A stretch of DNA of 64,000 bases, taken from assembly GCA_002050355.1 (NCBI GenBank), contig MWYY01000062.1, positions 73,247 to 137,246 on the forward strand. Reading direction: 5' to 3'. Of the stretch, positions 55,113-62,570 are shown piece by piece. Numbering within the stretch: position 1 is the first letter of the stretch; every line of letters begins with the position of its first letter. Below the pieces are notes generated by a model that searched no databases, had not been told where the DNA came from, and saw only the letters and a program-made list of their open reading frames with translations. The stretch comes from Acidobacteria bacterium 28-9 (GTDB lineage: Bacteria > Acidobacteriota > Blastocatellia > Pyrinomonadales > Pyrinomonadaceae). The translations under genes were made by a program, and so were the position numbers.

Positions 55113-55855
55113 AAAAACTCCATCGTGTTTTCTTTATCCTCGCCGAGAGGCTCAAATTCATAACCGAAACCTTTGAGATATTCCAAACATTCGGTTCGCA
55201 GATTTTCCGAATGAAGCGACAAAAATATTTTTGGTTTAGCCGGCAGAACCGTTTCGCGCGCGCCGCGTAAAACCGATAGCTCTGCGCCTTCAACATCAAT
55301 TTTGATAACTTTCGGCACAATTTTCAGTCTTTCCGCTACTGCATCTAAAGTAACTGTCGAAACAAGAGTTAAATTATTACTAACTGAATTTTTTTCCAAT
55401 TTATCTTCGTTTGTCAGATATCCCATCGCGGTATTTTGACCGGAAGAAAACGATTCCAGGGAAATTTTATCCGAACAAGCCGACGGAATTATGCTGACAT
55501 TTTGCAGTTTGTTAATGGTTACATGACGATACAAATGCGACAGGTTTCTTACAAGTGGTTCAAAAGAAACGATTTGTCCGCGCTCGCCGACAAGCCGCGA
55601 ACCTAAAACCGTATAGTAACCGACATTTGCACCGACATCAAAAAAAACGTCGCCAGAGTCTAAGTTTTTCGCAAAAATCTCAGTTTGTTCTGGCTCGACC
55701 AAATTAAAATATACTGAACCGCCCCCGCCTTCGCCTTCTAAAGTTCCGAGAACGAATTTTGCTCCACGCAGATGACCGCTTATTACCGGATATGCCTTTT
55801 TCGGCAATAATTTACCGAAAATTGCTTGTGCGGCTAAACGCGCTAAATTTTTCAT
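55097..55855 (-). CDS. FkbM family methyltransferase
   Basis: FFDVGANVGYYT and IDVEGAE motifs. It overlaps the downstream oxidoreductase gene by 16 nt. Confidence 0.75.
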   Translation of the reverse strand: MKNLARLAAQAIFGKLLPKKAYPVISGHLRGAKFVLGTLEGEGGGGSVYFNLVEPEQTEIFAKNLDSGDVFFDVGANVGYYTVLGSRLVGERGQIVSFEPLVRNLSHLYRHVTINKLQNVSIIPSACSDKISLESFSSGQNTAMGYLTNEDKLEKNSVSNNLTLVSTVTLDAVAERLKIVPKVIKIDVEGAELSVLRGARETVLPAKPKIFLSLHSENLRTECLEYLKGFGYEFEPLGEDKENTMEFLCSVK

Positions 55856-55887
55856 AAAATTTCTAGTTTAGGCAAAAACTTATTTCC

Positions 55888-56492
55888 TCAATGCGGCTGA
55901 AAATTCTCTAAGAAAAGATAAAGCGTAATAGTCGACAGCAAGATATAAATTAAGGCTATCAGACCTAGATTCATCATACTATTTTTCAGGTAAAGGTTCA
56001 GGTCAGCCGGTAAATCAAACACGATTTCCTTGTCAAAACTTTCAACCGGCGAAATCTTTTTTTCAAACGGTGGTTGCTCTCCAAGTTGAAATTCGGCTTT
56101 TTCATCACGCGCGAATTCACGGTTTTGTTCGTCAACAAAGCGCGCGTTAACCGTAATGAAACCGAGCATTGCTCATCTTGCATCATTGAAAACTTTAACT
56201 TTCACAATGTAAATTCGCTATAGACGGTTTCGTTGCCGAGCGTTTTTGTTTTTCTCACATTTATTACTGCCTTATGCATATGGCAATCGATAAAAAAACC
56301 GCAAAATTCCTCTGGTTCATTCAAAGCGAGCGTTTTTTCTTTGCTCAAAAGGGAAGTGCCAAACAGCAAAATCGTATAAAAAACAAACCATGTCGCAATA
56401 GCTCCGAAAACAAATTCTCTAAGCCAAGCCTTCATTGTGAAAATCGAAATAACCAACAAAATAAAAGCTACAATTAATCCGCCGATTGTCAT
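55888..56492 (-). pseudogene. Disrupted membrane-protein gene (one frameshift plus one in-frame TGA), or two small genes
   Basis: Frame A ends ...GNETVYSEFTL* at 56202. A second frame reads RIYIVKVKVFNDAR-TGA(56173-56175)-AMLGFITVNARFVDE... and is continuous with the 93-aa ORF. Confidence 0.4.
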
Positions 56493-56518
56493 CAACAATA
56501 ACAAGGATGCCCATTGTT

Positions 56519-56908
56519 TTACCTTCCTTTCATTGCCTTTATTAAGGCTTCCATATGATTTAAATATTTCGCCAAAGCATTTTTGCCCGCAGCCGTGATT
56601 TTGTATTCGGTCAGCGGAACTCGATTTTTGAAAGATTTTTCGCATGCTAAATAACCGGCTTCTTCGAGTTTGCGGGCGTGGACGCTGATATTCCCGTCGG
56701 TTGTATTGAGAAGATTTTTCAAATCAGTAAAAGATAGAGTTTCATTTGCCGCCAGCGCGCTGATTATTCCAAGACGCATACGTTCGTGGATAATTTTGTC
56801 CAGTTCGTTTGAAACGTATTCCGCCGCTTTTTCAATCTTTAACGCTTGCGGTTTTGTTTTTTCATTTTCCAAATTTTCTTTTTTCAAAGCCAAAATTTTG
56901 TTGCTCAT
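56519..56908 (-). CDS. Winged-helix transcriptional regulator (HTH_34-like)
   Basis: IHERMRLGIISAL...LSFTDLK..L..TDGN.S.H.RKLEEAGY pattern. 129 aa. Confidence 0.7.
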   Translation of the reverse strand: MSNKILALKKENLENEKTKPQALKIEKAAEYVSNELDKIIHERMRLGIISALAANETLSFTDLKNLLNTTDGNISVHARKLEEAGYLACEKSFKNRVPLTEYKITAAGKNALAKYLNHMEALIKAMKGR

Positions 56909-57531
56909 TATCCGCCGAACCTCCTTGCTATAATCGCTCCGAAAACGATGTGCAAAATACCAAAACTTAATGCCATCATTGAATTACCAAAATTTGCAGG
57001 AAGAACAAAAGCAAGCGTTCCAAGCGCGATAAAACACCATCCCATAATCGGAACTGATTTGACGGAAAAACTTCCGCCCATTATAACCGCCGCGCCGTAT
57101 AGCAAAATCCAGACGGGAATCAGCGTTTCAAAATGTCCCAATCGCCAAAGTCCGATTGTAATTACAAACGCGCAAATCAAAGGCGGAAGAAAACTCATAG
57201 CAAACTTTTTCGCCGGCGCGGAATTAAGTAGCACATTAGCGATTTTCGATTTTTGCCACATCGCAAATAAACCGATTGCAAAAGCTAAAACCGCTTCAAC
57301 CGCCCAGACGATTAACCAATCTTTGATTAATACTTGCTGATTAGCGATAAATGCTGCACCAATCGCCGTCAAACCCATAAAGATACCGCCGTAACCCGGA
57401 ACAGCCGTAAAATGCGTCGAGCGTTCCATCGTCTTGCGTATAAACTGCAGATTATCCATCGCCCGCCCGTGCAGACTCGGCGGCTGATCCGCTTTGCTTT
57501 CTTTTGTTTGAATTGCTTGAATTTTCGCCAT
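56908..57531 (-). CDS. Hypothetical integral membrane protein (first gene of the regulator operon)
   Basis: 5-6 TM helices. Its stop overlaps the regulator's start by 1 nt. Confidence 0.55.
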   Translation of the reverse strand: MAKIQAIQTKESKADQPPSLHGRAMDNLQFIRKTMERSTHFTAVPGYGGIFMGLTAIGAAFIANQQVLIKDWLIVWAVEAVLAFAIGLFAMWQKSKIANVLLNSAPAKKFAMSFLPPLICAFVITIGLWRLGHFETLIPVWILLYGAAVIMGGSFSVKSVPIMGWCFIALGTLAFVLPANFGNSMMALSFGILHIVFGAIIARRFGG

Positions 57532-57542
57532 AACAATTTGTA

Positions 57543-57571
57543 AATTTACAATAATTAATATTTTTTGTCAA
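57543..57571 (-). promoter_or_regulatory. Sigma-70-like promoter, which would give a near-leaderless transcript
   Basis: The minus strand reads TTGACA (57571-57566), a 17-nt spacer, then TAAATT (57548-57543). The ATG at 57531 is only 11 nt past the -10. Confidence 0.35.
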
Positions 57572-57728
57572 GAACTTTATATCATAAAGTTTTATCAGAT
57601 ATGCGTTTATTCATTTTAAGATGTAATAAAAATTATTTTACAACCGAAGTAAAAATGCTTTGTGGGTTTCCCACAAGTGGAAAAACATAAAAATAAAGTC
57701 AAAAGGGAAGTTGCGGATAAATATAGAA

Positions 57729-57777
57729 ATTGGCAGATGATAATTAATGTTTTTGAATACATTTATCAACTGCCAAT
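57729..57777 (-). terminator. 15-bp inverted repeat downstream of dnaN
   Basis: attggcagatgataa (57729-57743) pairs with ttatcaactgccaat (57763-57777), with one central mismatch. Confidence 0.4.
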
Positions 57778-57822
57778 AAATTTATTAAATGAATAGTACT
57801 GAAAATAATAAATTAAAAAAAC

Positions 57823-59010
57823 TCAAATTCTCAGCGGCATAACAATATATTTGTAATCGTAATTTTTCTCGCCAGCAATGTTTAATTGGGTTTGAGCATT
57901 GCCGTCTTTAAATTCAAAGGCAATACGAAGACGGCTGGAGTTTTCTTTGACCCGGACGGTTTTGCCATCAATCTCCTTTTCAAGGTTTTCTCCGGAATCG
58001 TTTTCGCCCGAACTGACGATATTTAAAAACTCCTGTAAATACTGCGAATTAAAACCGATGTTTACTTCTTCGCCGTTGTAATCAGCAGCGACTTTTTCTT
58101 CGGCTTCGCCTTCTTCAGAGCTTTGCGCACCGATTTCGATTTCATTTGGTTTGATAGTCAGACGAACTGACCGCGTTCTTTCATCAGCCATCAAAGAAAC
58201 GCGGCGAATCGCGTTTTTCATTTCTTCGGCGTCAAAGACAGCAACTTTGTCGTTGTCTTTGGGAATTACCATTTCATAATTCGGAAAACTTCCCGACAAT
58301 TTACGAGTGATAAGAAGTCTCCCCTCAACTTCAAAATAAATGTGGTTTTCATCTTCGCCAAAACTGACTTCACCGCTTGCGTCGCGTGCGATTTTTGTAA
58401 GTTCCATCAAAGCTTTTTTCGGAATCAGCGTGTCAATCGTTCCTTTATCAGCGTTTCCCGTCAATTGTTTTTCGACAAAGGCAAGGCGATGTCCGTCGGT
58501 TGTAACCATCCGTGCCATTTTGCCGTCAACCATAAACTTCGCGCCTGAAAGCGTAAAACGAGATTGTTCGTTTGTGATAGCAAAAGCCGTATTTTGAATA
58601 AAATGATTAAAGATTTCCGCCGAAAGTTTCATCGGCGCGCTTTTAAAGCTGGGAACTTCGGGAAATTGTTCGCGGTTGACGCCGGCTAACCTGAAATTTG
58701 ATTTGCCGCAATTTAATTTGACCCATTCGTTTTCATCTTTCGTAAAATGCACATCGGCGTCCGGCAAAAGGCGCACAATGTCAAAAAGTTTACGCGCCTG
58801 TATGCACATCGAACCGCTCTTTTTGATGTCGGCTTCGGCTTCGCAGCGAATTGTAACGTCTAAATCCGTTCCGATAAACCGAATTGTATTCTCGCCGATT
58901 GATTCAATCAAAATATTTGATAAAACAGGAATTGTGCTTTTCTTCTCGACAATGCCTTGAACAAATCCGAGTTCGTCTTTTAAAACGCTTTGCTTTATTA
59001 CGAATTCCAT
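57823..59010 (-). CDS. dnaN: DNA polymerase III beta sliding clamp
   Basis: 395 aa. The start MEF.I....L......V...V..K.T.PVLSN.L.E and the end Y.Y.VMP.RI are typical of DnaN. Confidence 0.95.
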   Translation of the reverse strand: MEFVIKQSVLKDELGFVQGIVEKKSTIPVLSNILIESIGENTIRFIGTDLDVTIRCEAEADIKKSGSMCIQARKLFDIVRLLPDADVHFTKDENEWVKLNCGKSNFRLAGVNREQFPEVPSFKSAPMKLSAEIFNHFIQNTAFAITNEQSRFTLSGAKFMVDGKMARMVTTDGHRLAFVEKQLTGNADKGTIDTLIPKKALMELTKIARDASGEVSFGEDENHIYFEVEGRLLITRKLSGSFPNYEMVIPKDNDKVAVFDAEEMKNAIRRVSLMADERTRSVRLTIKPNEIEIGAQSSEEGEAEEKVAADYNGEEVNIGFNSQYLQEFLNIVSSGENDSGENLEKEIDGKTVRVKENSSRLRIAFEFKDGNAQTQLNIAGEKNYDYKYIVMPLRI

Positions 59011-59404
59011 TTCTCTTTAACTCCTAAAATTTATCTTAGATTATAACTAAAAAATTTCTTTTTATATTCGCCGCCTTTTACTATTTATACTAATTTAAAA
59101 ACTTAATATTTTTATAGTAGTAGTAGTAGTGCCTGTGGAAATGTGGAAAACTCACTTAAAACATTGTAAGTAAAAGAATTAAATTTCCACAGGCTCTGTG
59201 GAAAACCTGTGGAAAACTATTTTACCTGTGGAAAACTTCGGCAAAAATATTGCTTTTCCACTTTTCCACAGCCCTAAATATTCACCAACCTGTGGAAATG
59301 TGGAAAACTTTTTTTAACTTGTTGAATGCAAACTACATATTCAAACGACTAAATTTTATCCCTGTGGAAAACTACCGCCCGATTTTGTGTAAAAAACCAT
59401 CTAA
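59011..59404. other. oriC: DnaA-box cluster plus AT-rich unwinding region in the dnaA-dnaN intergenic space
   Basis: TGTGGAAA[A/T] boxes start at 59134, 59142, 59197, 59208, 59227, 59291, 59299 and 59363. Complementary [A/T]TTTCCACA boxes start at 59183 and 59262, plus imperfect TTTTCCACT at 59254. An AT-rich tract spans 59031-59114. Confidence 0.8.
59115..59129 (+). repeat. (TAG)5 trinucleotide array, a DnaA-trio-like element
   Basis: tagtagtagtagtag is followed by t-gcc, then two abutting DnaA boxes (TGTGGAAATGTGGAAAA). Confidence 0.5.
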
Positions 59405-60850
59405 CTAACTGCAAAGATTATCTATTAGCTCGCTGACGACCCTGTGGAAATTTCTGTCTTCCCTAATTAAAGCATCAATTTTCTCAACCGAGTGCATAAC
59501 TGTCGTGTGATGTTTTCCGCCAAAATCGCGTCCGATTTCAGGAAAACTGTGTTTTGTTAATCTTTTACAAAGATACATCGCAACCTGTCTCGGTACAGCG
59601 ATTTGTCGCACGTTGCTTTTTGATTTTAGTTCTTCAACCGACAATTTATAATGCGTGGATACGGCTTTAGAAATTTTGTCGAGCGTTACGCCCTCCGCTT
59701 GTCCGTCATCAATAACATTTCGCATTGCATCTTGCACAAGCATTTTCGAAAGCGGCAAACCGCGCAGAGATGAAATAGCCACGAGACGAACCAGTGAACC
59801 TTCGAGTTCCCGGATGTTGCTTTTTACTTTGCTAGCAATAAAAAACGCAATTTCGTCCGGCAGACTTACGCCGTCTAAATCCGCTTTGCGTTTGAGAATA
59901 GCGACTTTTGTTTCCAAATCAGGCGGTTCGATATCGGCAATCAAGCCCCATTCAAAACGTGAGTGAAGGCGTTCTTCCAAAGTCGGAATTTCGCGCGGCG
60001 GACAATCTGATGTAATCACAATTTGTTTTTGGTCGTTGTGTAGCGCATTAAATGTGTGAAAAAATTCCTCCTGCGTCCGTTCTTTACCAGCCATAAACTG
60101 CACGTCATCCATTAGAAGAACATCAATCGAGCGATATTTTTCGCGAAATGTCTGAGTTTTGTCGTAACGAATCGCGTTAATCAATTCGTTCATAAATTTT
60201 TCGGCGGAAATATATGCGACCCGCAAATGTCTGTTTCTTTCCTTGATAGCGTGTCCGGCAGCATGCATCAGATGCGTTTTGCCGAGTCCTACACCACCGT
60301 AAATATACATCGGATTATAAGTTTTACCGGGCGATTCGGCGACCGCCAAAGCCGCCGCGTGTGCAAATTGGTTGCAGGAGCCGACAACAAATGTCTGAAA
60401 CGTATATTTACGATTGAGCGAGTTTTCAATCGGTTCAATATCAACGAAATTGGTCGAACTGCTTTTTTGCAGAATCTCGGGTTTTGATTTTTCTATAAAA
60501 TTAAAGCTGTTTTGTGGATTAGCGGTTGTGATTTGTTTTTCGAAGAAAAATTCGTCGTCCTCGTCGGCAAAATTCTCGCTCTTCGCTTCCGATTCCTCGA
60601 CTGCCCAATCGACACTGTAATTAGTCAAGTTCAATTCCTTCAATGTCTGCGTAATAACTTCCGAGTAATAGTTGTTGACCCAATCCTTATTCACCTGACT
60701 GGCACGAAGGTGCAGAATTTTGCCTTGGTCATCACAGCCGTCGAATTGAATCGGACGAAACCACGCCTCAAAAATTTGCTTGTTAAGCCGTTTTTCTACA
60801 GATTGAAGAATATTGCTCCAAACATTGTTGTTTTCTGTCGACATATTCAT
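59405..60850 (-). CDS. dnaA: Chromosomal replication initiator protein DnaA
   Basis: AAA+ Walker A GGVGLGKTHL, LLMDDVQF, and C-terminal domain IV (GGKHHTTVMH). 481 aa. Confidence 0.95.
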   Translation of the reverse strand: MNMSTENNNVWSNILQSVEKRLNKQIFEAWFRPIQFDGCDDQGKILHLRASQVNKDWVNNYYSEVITQTLKELNLTNYSVDWAVEESEAKSENFADEDDEFFFEKQITTANPQNSFNFIEKSKPEILQKSSSTNFVDIEPIENSLNRKYTFQTFVVGSCNQFAHAAALAVAESPGKTYNPMYIYGGVGLGKTHLMHAAGHAIKERNRHLRVAYISAEKFMNELINAIRYDKTQTFREKYRSIDVLLMDDVQFMAGKERTQEEFFHTFNALHNDQKQIVITSDCPPREIPTLEERLHSRFEWGLIADIEPPDLETKVAILKRKADLDGVSLPDEIAFFIASKVKSNIRELEGSLVRLVAISSLRGLPLSKMLVQDAMRNVIDDGQAEGVTLDKISKAVSTHYKLSVEELKSKSNVRQIAVPRQVAMYLCKRLTKHSFPEIGRDFGGKHHTTVMHSVEKIDALIREDRNFHRVVSELIDNLCS

Positions 60851-61011
60851 AGTCTTTCTCCACGAATTTTTGTTAAATCTTTGGTAAACCTTTTAAGCAA
60901 AAAATCTTTTTTCTATATCCCCAAACCGAATCGAAAATTCCTCTGATTTATTCCTTACAAACCCTTTTAAGTCAGCAACTTTTTTATGTTTATAGAACCT
61001 AAAGTAAATAG

Positions 61012-61166
61012 GTTTTCCACAGGGTTTTCCACAGGCTTGTGGAAAGTTGCTTAATTGCTAAAGTGACACTTTAACTGTTTTATTTTCAATAACTTACAAG
61101 AATTTGTTTCTTTGGAAATGGGTCAAAGACTATCAAAATAAAAAGAAAATAGCAAGAGAAATCCAC
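61012..61166. promoter_or_regulatory. Second DnaA-box cluster in the dnaA upstream region
   Basis: TTTTCCACA at 61012-61020 and 61024-61032, TGTGGAAAG at 61037-61045, AAATCCACA at 61158-61166. Confidence 0.6.
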
Positions 61167-61280
61167 AGGTTTCCGAAATTATTTTTTACCATTTGATAAA
61201 GCCCTTTTTTGACAAACACTTGGCAGGATTTTAGATTGTGTTAGACTTGTTTTTTCGATGATTTTGGAGCGCAAAACTCT

Positions 61281-61724
61281 ATGAAAAGAAGAAAAAAGAA
61301 AATGAAAAAGCCCGACGTGATGAAATCAAAAGAAATTGAATTGCGGTTGCAGATCAAAAAAATTACGGACGGGTTATTTTACACCAGTGAAACTGACGCC
61401 GAAATCCTGCCGTTCACCGGAAAAAAGGCTCAGGCGGTTACTTGTGAAGAAATACTCGCTCAAACCGGAAATGAGGCAAATTCACCGGTTGAAGAAAGAA
61501 ACTTCACGGAATTTTTTTCGCGCCTGACGGAAATTCAAGATTGGTTTGGCGATGAGGAAAAAACAGCGGCGCAGAAATTTACTGATTTGAAAAATTTGTT
61601 GGAGAAAAACTTAAAGAATTTAAAAGTTTTCAAAGTCGGCAAAATTCAGCTTGATATTTACGCCGTCGGGCTTGATGCGGAATGTAATCTAATGGGAATA
61701 CAAACAAAAGCCGTCGAAACCTAA
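61281..61724 (+). CDS. Nuclease A inhibitor (NuiA)-like protein
   Basis: GLFYTSETDAEILPF, FFSRLTEIQDWFGDEE...A.KF..L...LEKNLKNLKVF.VG...LDIYAVG and GIQTKAVET closely track my memory of Anabaena NuiA. The true start may be ATG 61302 or 61320. Confidence 0.7.
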   Translation: MKRRKKKMKKPDVMKSKEIELRLQIKKITDGLFYTSETDAEILPFTGKKAQAVTCEEILAQTGNEANSPVEERNFTEFFSRLTEIQDWFGDEEKTAAQKFTDLKNLLEKNLKNLKVFKVGKIQLDIYAVGLDAECNLMGIQTKAVET

Positions 61725-61810
61725 TTAAGTGGTGAACTATGAGTAGGCATTAAAACTATTTAGAGTAGTTTTTGTTCTTACAACTTATTAACAGCTCACC
61801 ACTTATAAAA

Positions 61811-62491
61811 TTATTTTTTCTTAACCGAACTCGCCCCAGAAGCTGTTTGTTTAATGTTTTTCGGCTCATTGGTATAATAGACAGAACTGGCACCGCTGGC
61901 GTCGGCGTTCAAATCGTTTGACGGCGCAACCGTTATACTGCTCGCGCCGCTCGAATCGACATCTGCATTTTCCGTCTGCAAACCTTCCGCATCAATTTTG
62001 CTTGCACCTGATGCATCGGCATGAAAGGATTTTACCGTTCCGTCAATTTTGATTTTTGACGCGCCGCTTGCTTCCGCTTGCAAAGAATCGGTTTTAACGT
62101 TTGTAGCAAGAGCGTTCGACGCGCCTGAGATGTCCAAATCGGTCAACTCCGGCATCGAAATTTTAACGTTGATTTTTGACTTCGCCGAAATTCTGCCTTC
62201 GCTGAAAATTTTCAAAGTATCGCCGTTTGCTTCGGTTTTGATGTATTGAAGCAAATTGTCGTCGGCTTCAACCGTAACGCTGAAATCTTTTTGCGCCGTA
62301 ACTTCCAAATTTATCGCGCCGCCGGCGTCAATTTTGCTGAAACCGGAAACGTTTCGCTGCTCGCTTTTCGTCGTTCCCGAACCGCGAACGCCGCCGCCGA
62401 AACCATTGAAGCCGCCAAAACCGCAGCCGTTAACGAAAACCAAACTGATTGAAAGAGCCGCCGCAAAAACAATTAAGCCGAATCTTTTCAT
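61811..62491 (-). CDS. DUF2807 / head-GIN-domain (putative adhesin-like) lipoprotein
   Basis: Start re-picked at ATG 62491 (MKRFGLIVFAAALSISLVFVNGCG lipobox). It has repeated beta-solenoid-like (D/E)ASGAS units. Confidence 0.7.
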   Translation of the reverse strand: MKRFGLIVFAAALSISLVFVNGCGFGGFNGFGGGVRGSGTTKSEQRNVSGFSKIDAGGAINLEVTAQKDFSVTVEADDNLLQYIKTEANGDTLKIFSEGRISAKSKINVKISMPELTDLDISGASNALATNVKTDSLQAEASGASKIKIDGTVKSFHADASGASKIDAEGLQTENADVDSSGASSITVAPSNDLNADASGASSVYYTNEPKNIKQTASGASSVKKK

Positions 62492-62570
62492 AATTTTTCT
62501 CCAAAAATATATTTTCCGCGAATTTGAATTTGAAAGGGAAACGAAAACCTTTTTTATAAAGTTCAATAAA

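Noticed and set aside
56173-56175. In-frame TGA in the disrupted membrane gene as a possible selenocysteine codon
   Set aside because: There is no Cys/redox motif context and no obvious downstream SECIS-like hairpin. The same gene also has a frameshift, so a nonsense mutation or pseudogene is more parsimonious.
59130-59375. Regularly recurring ~9-21-nt repeats that superficially resemble a tiny CRISPR-like array
   Set aside because: The repeat unit is the DnaA box (TGTGGAAAA) in both orientations with irregular spacing, between dnaA and dnaN. There are no cas genes and no uniform repeat-spacer periodicity.
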